A stretch of 64,000 nucleotides of DNA from Bacilli bacterium (GCA_017934595.1 JAGBJG010000008.1:723-64722); one strand, 5' to 3'; shown: positions 37,356 through 45,333, numbered from the stretch's first letter. Notes: a model not told the origin generated them from the sequence alone. Numbers and translations are program-made.

Positions 37356-39404
37356 ATGGATAAAAATAGTAGTATAATTTTAGATTATCTAACTGATAGA
37401 GGCAAACCTATAAGTGCTGAAGGTATTGCTAATTATTTAAAGTTGGATAATTTTTTAGTTGAAAAGATATTATCTGAATTAAAATTAGAAAATAAAGTAG
37501 AAAAAAAAGGTAATAAGTATCGTGCTACTAATTATGTAACAGGTTTTGTAAAAATATCTAATAACGGTAAAATGTATATTAATCATGATAATAAAAAAAT
37601 ATTGTGTAATAATATTAGTGGATCTGAAATTACAGAGGGAGATTCTGTTTTATTTAAAATAACAAAAAAAGAAAAGAATTTTTGGTATGGTGAAATAGTT
37701 GGAATTGTTGATAAACGTATTAGAAATAATGTTGGTACTGTTATAAGTAGAGAAGGCGAACTTGTTATAAAAGGTAAAGATAAAAAATCCAATATATACA
37801 TTTATCCTAATTCTAAAGTTGTATCTGGTGATATAGTTAAATATAAACTAGGTGATAGAATAAGAGATTCTTTTTACGAAGGTGAAGTATTAGATGTAGT
37901 TGGCCGTGTAGATGAACCTAAAAGTGATATGACATCTATATTAGTAACTAATAATTTCCATGTTAAATTTCCAGAGGAAGTAATGGAAGAAGTTAAGAAA
38001 ATCGATGAAACAATTAGTCTAGAAAATAGACGCGATTTAAGAAATAATTTGATATTTACAATCGATGGTGATGATACTAAAGATATAGATGATGCAATCG
38101 AACTTGATAAACGTGATGATGGTACATATAAATTAGGTGTACATATAGCTGATGTTTCAAATTATGTTAAAATAGGTTCTGCATTAGATAATGAGGCATT
38201 CTTCCGTGGGACATCAGTATATCCACCATCTTCAGTAATACCAATGTTACCACATGAATTATCTTCTGGTGTATGTTCATTATTTGAAAATACAGATAGA
38301 TATGCACTTTCATGTGTAATGGAATTTTCATCAAGTGGAGACTTTATGGACTGTGAATTTTTTCCATCAGTTATTAATTCGAAAAAGAAAATGGCTTATT
38401 CAAAAGTAAATAGATTATTGGATACAGATACTCCATTTGGTTATGAAAAATTTGCGTCTGAATTAAAATTAATGAATGAATTTAAAAGTGTATTAAGAAA
38501 AAAAAGATTTGAAAATCAATCAATTAATTTTGATATTCCTAAATTAGGTGTTAAATTAAATGACTTAGGTACTCCTATATCCATTTATCAAGAGATACGT
38601 GGTGAAGCAGAAAAGTTAATTGAAGAATTTATGTTAATCACTAATATATGTACTGGTATGGTGGAAGATCGATATGGTTATGGCGCTTTCCGTACGCATG
38701 ATGTACCTGATATAGATAAACTTTATAAAGCAACATCAATTTTAGAAAAATTAGGCATTAAAATTCCTAAATATAATGATATAACAAAACACAAATTTAT
38801 TATTGAATTATCAAATAATATTAAAAATGGTTCATATAAAGATTTAGGTGAAGAATTATTATTGAAATGTATGTCTAGAGCTCAATATTCAAGAGTTAAT
38901 ACTGGACATTATGGTCTTAATTTTAAAAGATATGCACAGTTTACTTCTCCAATAAGAAGATATCCTGACTTAACTAATCATAGAGTAATAAAAGATATAT
39001 ATGGAATTGCAAATCCAAATTTTCCAACAGATAGAAAAGCATATTTAAATAATGTTTGTTCACACGCATCTATGCAAGAAAGAAATGCGGATGCTGCAGA
39101 AGCTATAATTAAGAAAATGAAAATGGCAGAGTTTATACAAGATGAAGTTGGTAAGGATTATGAAGGTCAAGTAGTAGATGTATATGCTAATTCTATAGAA
39201 GTTAAATTATCTAATGGTATTACTGGTACTATAGATCTAGGAGAAGGTAAAGATTTCAATAATTTTTCAGTACGAGCAAATGGTAAGACATATAGATATG
39301 GTCAAATGTTAAATGTTGCTATTGAAGATGTTTCGATAAATCCTGCAGTAATATCATTAGTAGATACAGATGTAAAAAGATTATCAAAAAAATATAAACA
39401 CTAA
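37356..39404 (+). CDS. rnr: Ribonuclease R
   Basis: RNB motifs TIDGDDTKDIDDA and FTSPIRRYPDL, with a C-terminal S1 domain. ATG 37356 lies behind GGGTGG. Confidence 0.9.
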   Translation: MDKNSSIILDYLTDRGKPISAEGIANYLKLDNFLVEKILSELKLENKVEKKGNKYRATNYVTGFVKISNNGKMYINHDNKKILCNNISGSEITEGDSVLFKITKKEKNFWYGEIVGIVDKRIRNNVGTVISREGELVIKGKDKKSNIYIYPNSKVVSGDIVKYKLGDRIRDSFYEGEVLDVVGRVDEPKSDMTSILVTNNFHVKFPEEVMEEVKKIDETISLENRRDLRNNLIFTIDGDDTKDIDDAIELDKRDDGTYKLGVHIADVSNYVKIGSALDNEAFFRGTSVYPPSSVIPMLPHELSSGVCSLFENTDRYALSCVMEFSSSGDFMDCEFFPSVINSKKKMAYSKVNRLLDTDTPFGYEKFASELKLMNEFKSVLRKKRFENQSINFDIPKLGVKLNDLGTPISIYQEIRGEAEKLIEEFMLITNICTGMVEDRYGYGAFRTHDVPDIDKLYKATSILEKLGIKIPKYNDITKHKFIIELSNNIKNGSYKDLGEELLLKCMSRAQYSRVNTGHYGLNFKRYAQFTSPIRRYPDLTNHRVIKDIYGIANPNFPTDRKAYLNNVCSHASMQERNADAAEAIIKKMKMAEFIQDEVGKDYEGQVVDVYANSIEVKLSNGITGTIDLGEGKDFNNFSVRANGKTYRYGQMLNVAIEDVSINPAVISLVDTDVKRLSKKYKH

Positions 39405-39429
39405 AAGCCACACATTGTGTGACTTTTTA
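39403..39429. terminator. Bidirectional terminator between rnr and DUF1016 copy 1
   Basis: aaaag-cCACAC-att-GTGTGa-cttttt. Confidence 0.6.
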
Positions 39430-40311
39430 ATTTACAATATACTCTCTTGATAATATTCTTTTATCAGAAGTATATTCTATAATAAATTCATTATTTTTTC
39501 TACATAGTATAATTCCAATAGTTTTATTATGATTTATCTTTTTTAAATTAATATCAATATAATTCATATATACTTGGACTTGTCCTATATCTTGTTTTCT
39601 TAGTTCATTTAATTTTAGTTCTATAACTATATAACAATTATATTCAATATTAAATAGTAATAAATCAATATAATTATATCTATCGCCCAGTTTAATAGGA
39701 TATTCATTTTTTATAAAAGTAAATCCAGTACCTAATTGTTCTAAGAATGAAGGTATATCTTCCATAATTAACATTTGTAATGCTTTTTCTTTTACTATAT
39801 CGACATTATTAGGATTATTTATAATAATAGGATTAGGAATATTATCAGGTAGAGTAGTAGTTTCATTATTAGATAGTTTTAATTTAGTATCTTTAGGTAA
39901 TCTTTCATATTCATTTGACTTAATTCTTTCTCTTAATTTATCACGACTAAGATTCAATGATATAGTTTTTTCAATATAATAATTAATTTCGTTAATATTT
40001 TTTATAGAAATAAGTTCTATCCAATGGCTCCATGTCAATTGGTGCGCGAATTGCGCACCTTTTTGAATTGACATATAAAATTGTCTCGTTCGTTTTAGTG
40101 ATGTGACATCATATCCTTTACCTAATTCTATTGTTAACTTAATGGAATATTGCTTTATAATACCTTCACCATAATGTTTGCCTGCATCATATAGTAATTT
40201 ACCAACATTGTATCTAGTTTCCAAGTTATGTTTGTTCTTAGAATAATCTTTAACTTTACTGTATACCTCGTTATTTATTAATTCATTTTTGATTAGTTCG
40301 TAATAATTCAT
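39427..40311 (-). CDS. yhcG: DUF1016/YhcG-family PD-(D/E)xK nuclease, copy 1
   Basis: LTWSHWIEL (N-domain motif). The C-terminal nuclease core is YIDLLLFNIEYNCYIVIELK (D...E-x-K) followed by QVQVYMNY. The start overlaps the end of copy 2. Confidence 0.8.
   Translation of the reverse strand: MNYYELIKNELINNEVYSKVKDYSKNKHNLETRYNVGKLLYDAGKHYGEGIIKQYSIKLTIELGKGYDVTSLKRTRQFYMSIQKGAQFAHQLTWSHWIELISIKNINEINYYIEKTISLNLSRDKLRERIKSNEYERLPKDTKLKLSNNETTTLPDNIPNPIIINNPNNVDIVKEKALQMLIMEDIPSFLEQLGTGFTFIKNEYPIKLGDRYNYIDLLLFNIEYNCYIVIELKLNELRKQDIGQVQVYMNYIDINLKKINHNKTIGIILCRKNNEFIIEYTSDKRILSREYIVN
39691..39939. repeat. About 249-bp near-identical block shared by copies 1 and 2 (partner 40584..40832)
   Basis: By eye about 10 mismatches in 249 nt at a constant offset of 893 nt, while the flanking gene parts are far more diverged. 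This is a mosaic, gene-conversion-like pattern. Confidence 0.8.
40032..40074. repeat. Intragenic GC-rich hairpin, copy 1
   Basis: + strand: ATGTCAATT GGTGCGC gaatt GCGCACC tttttg AATTGACAT. Inner stem 7 bp, outer stem 9 bp. Confidence 0.85.
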
Positions 40312-41219
40312 AAATTACCTCCTGTTAATTCATATTCCCTTACTGATATTCTTTCGTCAGATGAATATTCAATGACATATCTATTTTCTTTTTTACATAT
40401 AATAAGACCTATAGTTTTATTTTGATTTGATTCTTTTACATTTTTATCTATATAGTTAATATACATTTGAACTTGTCCTATATCCTGCTTTTTTAATTCA
40501 GTTACTTTTAATTCTATAACAACAAAACAATTGTATTTATAATTAAATAATAGTAAATCAACATAATTATATCTATTACCTAATTTAATAGGATACTCAT
40601 TTTTTATAAAAGTAAATCCAGTACCTAATTGTTCTAAGAATGAAGGTATATCTTCCATAATTAACATTTGTAATGCTTTTTCTTTTACTATATCAACATT
40701 ATTAGGATTCTTAATAATAATTGGGTTAGGAATATTATCAGGTAGAGTAGTAGTTTCATTATTAGATAGTTTTAATTTAGTATCTTCTGGTAATCTTTCA
40801 TATTCATTTGACTTGATTCTTTCTCTTAATTTTCTAACTGACAAATTTTGCGTTTCAACTAATCTAATGTAATAATTTATAATATTGATATTGTTAAGTG
40901 GGATAAGTTCGACATAATGAGACCAAGTTAATTTTCGCGACAATGTCGCGACATTTGAAAATAATAAATAAAACTGTCTGATTCTTAATAATGTTTTGTA
41001 ATCATACTTTTTATTAACTTCTTTAACTAATTTAATAGCATATTCCTTTATTAAATTTTCACCATATTTAGCCCTAGTTTCTCCTCCTTGGGCCTCAATA
41101 AGTAATTTACCTACATTATATCTAGTCTCTAAGTCATGCTTATTTTTAGAATAATCTTTAACTTTACTGTATACTTCGTTATTTATTAATTCAGTTTTTA
41201 TTAGTTCATAATAATTCAT
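40308..41219 (-). CDS. yhcG: DUF1016/YhcG-family PD-(D/E)xK nuclease, copy 2
   Basis: LTWSHYVEL; YVDLLLFNYKYNCFVVIELK; QVQMYINY. Confidence 0.8.
   Translation of the reverse strand: MNYYELIKTELINNEVYSKVKDYSKNKHDLETRYNVGKLLIEAQGGETRAKYGENLIKEYAIKLVKEVNKKYDYKTLLRIRQFYLLFSNVATLSRKLTWSHYVELIPLNNINIINYYIRLVETQNLSVRKLRERIKSNEYERLPEDTKLKLSNNETTTLPDNIPNPIIIKNPNNVDIVKEKALQMLIMEDIPSFLEQLGTGFTFIKNEYPIKLGNRYNYVDLLLFNYKYNCFVVIELKVTELKKQDIGQVQMYINYIDKNVKESNQNKTIGLIICKKENRYVIEYSSDERISVREYELTGGNL
40584..40832. repeat. Partner of the 249-bp block
   Basis: See 39691..39939. Confidence 0.8.
40935..40951. repeat. Intragenic GC-rich hairpin, copy 2 (homologous position)
   Basis: TCGCGAC aat GTCGCGA. Confidence 0.85.
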
Positions 41220-41225
41220 AATATA

Positions 41226-41264
41226 CCTCCTATAAACTTAATATGCCAAAACTTTTTTATATCC
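41226..41264. repeat. Left arm of the perfect 39-bp inverted repeat
   Basis: cctcctataaacttaatatgccaaaacttttttatatcc is the exact reverse complement of 43923..43961. It covers the SD and 5' region of DUF1016 copy 2. Confidence 0.9.
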
Positions 41265-41331
41265 TTTTTTATATAGTAAAAAACTTGTTTAATTTTAATA
41301 TTTAGTTTATAATTAATAATAGGGTGAGAAT

Positions 41332-43884
41332 ATGAATAAGAAGGGTTTTACATTAACTGAATTAATCGCGATATTAGTAATAATTTCAATTGTAGCTTTA
41401 ATAGCAGTACCAGCTGTAGTTAATTCAATTAAAAATAATAATCATGATTCATATAACGGTGTAGTAAATGATATTATATTGGCTTCAGAAACATATGCAG
41501 CTAATATGGGTGCTTCTATAGTTCAAGTATCAGTAGAAACTTTAAAACAAGCAGGATATTTATCACCTGATTTAAAAAATCCAATTGATAATTCTGATTT
41601 CAATGGTTGTGTATATATAGTTAATGGTGACCCTATATATAAAGAAGAAACTTGTAGTACAATTATAAAAAATGTAGACGGTGTAAGATTATATAAAGAT
41701 AGCATATTAAATGGATTAGATCCTGTATTAGATAAAGGATTAATTCCTGTTACAATCGGTGATGATGGAACAGTAACAAAAGCATCAATCGCGACTGAAT
41801 GGTATAATTATGGTGAAAAAAGATGGGCAAATGCCGTAATACTTAAGGGTAGTGATAATTATATTGAAGGTCAAACTATCCCTGAAAATAATATAGATGC
41901 ATATTTTGTATGGATACCTAAATTTAAATATAAATTATTTGATATGGGTAATTATACAACTTATTCTGGTACATCTAAACCAGATACTAGTAATGCGAAA
42001 ACATTAGATATAGTATTTGATCCAGTGAATACTACTGATTCAGATACTAGTTGTATGACTCCTCTAACTAGTGGGGCAAGTGGTAACTGTGCAGTAGGCA
42101 AGTATATGACTCATCCATCATTTATTACATTAGGAGTAAATGGATATTGGGTTGGTAAATATGAAACAAGTGGTACAACATCTGATTTAGATGTTAAACC
42201 TAATGTCTCATCTTTAAGAAGTACTACTGTAGGTGATTTCTTTACTTCAATGTATAACTATAATAGAGATTTAGACTCTCATATGATGAAAAATACAGAA
42301 TGGGGAGCAGTTGCATATTTATCCTTATCAAATTATGGCATAAATGGTGAAGTAAGAATTAATAATAGTTCGACTTATACAACTGGATGTGCGGCCACTG
42401 TAGCTAATACTACTAATGTTGGAGTTAGTCAATCAGATCATTCTGAAGGATATTATAATGGGTGTGAAAACGCGTATAATACAGCTACAGGATATTTAGC
42501 TTCAACTACTGGTAATATAACGGGTGTTTATGATATGTCTGGTGGTGCAAGGGAGTATTTAGCAGGATATATTAGTGGTGCAGGTGGTGGATTTACACCA
42601 TCAAGTTACAATGGCAAATATTATGATGTTTATGATTCTAATAGTTCAGTTAATTCTTATAATTACAGAATTTTAGGTGATGCGACTGGTGAAATGGGAC
42701 CATTTTATAAATATTCAGACAGTGATAATAATCAAAGAATTCATAGCAACTGGTTTGCTGATGGTTCTGATTTTATTGAATCTTCTGATTCATGGTTTGC
42801 ACGAGGCAACAATCATTATTATGGCGTGGTAGCAGGGCAAGCAGAATTTCATAAAGGTGCTGGCACAGATAGTAGTACTTTTAGTTCTCGTCTAGTTTTA
42901 GCTCCTGGTAGTACGGCTCGTGAGACTGCTTTAGGAACAACATGGACTTTTGATTATACAGGAAATGCACAAACATTTACTGTACCTGAAGATGGTAATT
43001 ATAAAATTGAACTTTGGGGAGCCCAAGGTGGAGCTTTATTTGATGAAGCTAATTATGGCGGTTATACTAGTGGAATATTGCCATTGAGAAATGAAAAATT
43101 ATATATTTATGTTGGCGCACAAGGTAATCAAGTTAGAAATGTAACTTTCAATGGTGGTGGATATGGTGGTGTCACGAATGGTATTAATAATAGTGGATCT
43201 GGCGCAGCTGGTGGTGGAGCCACTGATATCCGATTAGAAAATGGTGAATGGAATAATTTTAGCAGTTTAAAATCTAGAATTATGGTTGCTGCCGGAGGTG
43301 GTGGTTCAGCCTCAACTGCTTTATATTCGACAGCAGGACAGCATTCCTCAGCTGGTGGTCTTATTGGTTATAGTGGTGGTTATTATTCCGGCCATAGCTA
43401 TGTAATGCAGGAAGGTCAGGGTGCTTCACAAATAACAGGAGGCGCAGCAGGCGTTAATCATTATTCGTCGACTGGAACTAATTATGCTGGTACATTTGGT
43501 ATTGGTGGTAATAGTAATAGTACATCGGATAATAATGGTGCAGGTGGCGGCGGTGGCGGTTACTATGGTGGCGGCGCTGGTGGTGGTACTGCTGGCGGTG
43601 GCGGTGGCCAAGGTGGCGGCGGCGGTTCATCATTTATATCTGGATATTTTGGATGTAATGCTATCGCTGAATCTTCAACAGCATCTAATATAACACATAC
43701 AAATCAATCTAATCATTATAGTGGCAAAGTATTTACAAATGGTATAATGATAGATGGTGCAGGATGTAATTGGTCTACTGGTAGTGCTACTAACTGTGGC
43801 ACCAATCAACCACAACCTGATGGTACTATGGCAGTTGGTCATTCTGGTAATGGTTATGCTAAAATAACATTGATGTCATATTAA
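41332..43884 (+). CDS. Large pilin-leader protein: prepilin-type N-terminus, FGE-sulfatase (SUMF1)-like domain, and a glycine-rich (polyglycine) C-terminal domain
   Basis: MNKKGFTLTELIAILVIISIVALIA (G|FTLTE). NTEWGAVAYL, GVYDMSGGAREYLAGY and WFARGN resemble FGE-sulfatase motifs. YKIELWGAQGG, LYIYVGAQG, GGGATDIRL, GAGGGGGGYYGGGAGGGTAGGGGGQGGGGGSSF and GNGYAKITL mark the Gly-rich domain. Confidence 0.85.
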   Translation: MNKKGFTLTELIAILVIISIVALIAVPAVVNSIKNNNHDSYNGVVNDIILASETYAANMGASIVQVSVETLKQAGYLSPDLKNPIDNSDFNGCVYIVNGDPIYKEETCSTIIKNVDGVRLYKDSILNGLDPVLDKGLIPVTIGDDGTVTKASIATEWYNYGEKRWANAVILKGSDNYIEGQTIPENNIDAYFVWIPKFKYKLFDMGNYTTYSGTSKPDTSNAKTLDIVFDPVNTTDSDTSCMTPLTSGASGNCAVGKYMTHPSFITLGVNGYWVGKYETSGTTSDLDVKPNVSSLRSTTVGDFFTSMYNYNRDLDSHMMKNTEWGAVAYLSLSNYGINGEVRINNSSTYTTGCAATVANTTNVGVSQSDHSEGYYNGCENAYNTATGYLASTTGNITGVYDMSGGAREYLAGYISGAGGGFTPSSYNGKYYDVYDSNSSVNSYNYRILGDATGEMGPFYKYSDSDNNQRIHSNWFADGSDFIESSDSWFARGNNHYYGVVAGQAEFHKGAGTDSSTFSSRLVLAPGSTARETALGTTWTFDYTGNAQTFTVPEDGNYKIELWGAQGGALFDEANYGGYTSGILPLRNEKLYIYVGAQGNQVRNVTFNGGGYGGVTNGINNSGSGAAGGGATDIRLENGEWNNFSSLKSRIMVAAGGGGSASTALYSTAGQHSSAGGLIGYSGGYYSGHSYVMQEGQGASQITGGAAGVNHYSSTGTNYAGTFGIGGNSNSTSDNNGAGGGGGGYYGGGAGGGTAGGGGGQGGGGGSSFISGYFGCNAIAESSTASNITHTNQSNHYSGKVFTNGIMIDGAGCNWSTGSATNCGTNQPQPDGTMAVGHSGNGYAKITLMSY

Positions 43885-43912
43885 GATATAAGGAAACTTA
43901 TATCTTTTTTTT
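43883..43912 (+). terminator. Strong rho-independent terminator
   Basis: aagatataag-gaaa-cttatatctt followed by T8. Confidence 0.85.
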
Positions 43913-43922
43913 GGAAAAAAGA

Positions 43923-43961
43923 GGATATAAAAAAGTTTTGGCATATTAAGTTTATAGGAGG
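43923..43961. repeat. Right arm of the perfect 39-bp inverted repeat
   Basis: ggatataaaaaagttttggcatattaagtttataggagg; covers the SD and 5' region of DUF1016 copy 3. Confidence 0.9.
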
Positions 43962-43967
43962 TGAATT

Positions 43968-44861
43968 ATGAATTATTATGATGAGATAAAAGAAAGATTA
44001 ATTAAAAGCGAAATATATGATAAAGCAAAAGACTATGCGAAAGATAGAAATAAAGTTAATGTATACTATGAAATAGGTAAGTTATTAAGCGAAGCAGGTA
44101 AGGAGTATGGCAAAAATATAATTAAACAATATTCAGAAAAATTAATGATTGAAGTGGGTAAAAAATATAATGAAAGAAATTTGAGATATATGAGGCAATT
44201 TTATGAAGTGTTTTCAGGCACAAAATGGAACGCATTGCGTTCCAAATTGAGTTGGAGCCACTATAGAATTGTTTTATCACTTAAAAATACTGATGAAATA
44301 ATATATTATTTAACAGAATGCGAAAATAGGAATTTAACGTACAGACAATTGGACGAATTAGTTAGATGTGGTTATTATAATAGGTTAAGTGATAATACTA
44401 AAAGTAAATTAGCAATAGAAGATAAATTGGGAATAAATGATTTAATACCCAATCCTATAATTATAAAAAATGATTTGTTAACTGAAAATATATCTGAATA
44501 TGCACTTAAACAGATGATATTAAATAATTTGGATGATTTTTTAAAACAACTAGGATATGGATATTCTTATGTTGGTAATGAATATAGAATTAAGATAGGT
44601 GATAGATATAATTATATTGATTTACTACTATATAATATAGAATTTAATTGTTATGTTGTAGTTGAGCTTAAGATAACTGAATTTAAAAAAGAACATATCG
44701 GACAAGTTTTAGTATATATGAATTATATAGATGAACATCTAAAGAAGATTAATCAAGATAAGACAATAGGTATAATCATATGTAAAGAAGATAATGAGTA
44801 TGTTATTAAGTATTGTTTTGATGATAGAATTATAGTAAGAAAATATGAATTGATAGGATGA
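43968..44861 (+). CDS. yhcG: DUF1016/YhcG-family PD-(D/E)xK nuclease, copy 3 (more diverged)
   Basis: LSWSHYRIVL; YIDLLLYNIEFNCYVVVELK; QVLVYMNY. Confidence 0.8.
   Translation: MNYYDEIKERLIKSEIYDKAKDYAKDRNKVNVYYEIGKLLSEAGKEYGKNIIKQYSEKLMIEVGKKYNERNLRYMRQFYEVFSGTKWNALRSKLSWSHYRIVLSLKNTDEIIYYLTECENRNLTYRQLDELVRCGYYNRLSDNTKSKLAIEDKLGINDLIPNPIIIKNDLLTENISEYALKQMILNNLDDFLKQLGYGYSYVGNEYRIKIGDRYNYIDLLLYNIEFNCYVVVELKITEFKKEHIGQVLVYMNYIDEHLKKINQDKTIGIIICKEDNEYVIKYCFDDRIIVRKYELIG
44227..44243. repeat. Intragenic GC-rich hairpin, copy 3 (homologous position)
   Basis: GGAACGC att GCGTTCC. Confidence 0.85.
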
Positions 44862-44863
44862 GT

Positions 44864-44944
44864 TTTTATGAATTGTTTTCGATTGTAAAATTGTACCCAC
44901 TGGGTGTAAATTTGAGTTGGAGTTATTATAGAGAATTATTATAA
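44864..44944 (+). pseudogene. 26-codon fragment of a fourth DUF1016 gene (hairpin-containing segment only)
   Basis: FYELFSIVKLYPLGVNLSWSYYRELL* is colinear with copy 3 FYEVFSGTKWNALRSKLSWSHYRIVL. The nucleotide anchors ttttatgaa, tgttttc and ttgagttggag are shared. Confidence 0.65.
44892..44908. repeat. Hairpin in the DUF1016 fragment (homologous position)
   Basis: TGTACCC act GGGTGTA: 7 pairs if two G.U pairs are allowed, which holds only for sense-strand RNA. Confidence 0.6.
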
Positions 44945-44960
44945 TAAAAAAATGATGTTA

Positions 44961-45233
44961 TTACATCATTTGATAAGTAGAATTATTATAGTTAGTATTA
45001 GATATCATAGCTTCTAAATTACTAACTCTTTTTTCTAATGCATTAATTTGATTATATAAACTGTTATTATCTACACCTGTATAACTAGATGTTGTTTGCA
45101 TAATAGTATTCATAGGTTGATTACTCATATCCATATTCATTGGCATATTATAAGCCATAGGCATCATAGGCATTACTGGTCCCATATAAGGCATTCCCAT
45201 AGGCATTGAATTGCAATCTCTATCTTTATTCAT
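44961..45233 (-). CDS. Met/Pro-rich small protein with a C-terminal coiled-coil-like segment
   Basis: 90 aa. The N-terminal half is SMPMGMPYMGPVMPMMPMAYNMPMNMDM. A hairpin terminator (aaatgatgt-aat-aacatcatt) lies downstream on the minus strand. Confidence 0.6.
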   Translation of the reverse strand: MNKDRDCNSMPMGMPYMGPVMPMMPMAYNMPMNMDMSNQPMNTIMQTTSSYTGVDNNSLYNQINALEKRVSNLEAMISNTNYNNSTYQMM

Positions 45234-45333
45234 AAATATTCCTCTTTTCTAATTTAATATATGTTATTATTTTAAATTGGTTCATAATTTACTATTGTGG
45301 TTAATTTTGGTATAATTTATATAGGTGATTTAT

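Noticed and set aside
43426-43693. Track ORFs 43426..43611 (-) and 43484..43693 (+)
   Set aside because: They are artefacts of the GGN-repeat tract, which is open in several frames. The real frame is that of the 850-aa protein.
43938-43955. Sigma-54 promoter-like TGGCAT-N5-GTTTA inside the 39-bp inverted repeat
   Set aside because: The -12 element lacks the conserved GC (TTGC), and no sigma-54 activator is nearby. It is probably coincidental.
39405-45330. smpB / tmRNA (ssrA) expected downstream of rnr
   Set aside because: No SmpB-like ORF, tRNA-like acceptor end or tag reading frame was seen. The region is occupied by the DUF1016 array.
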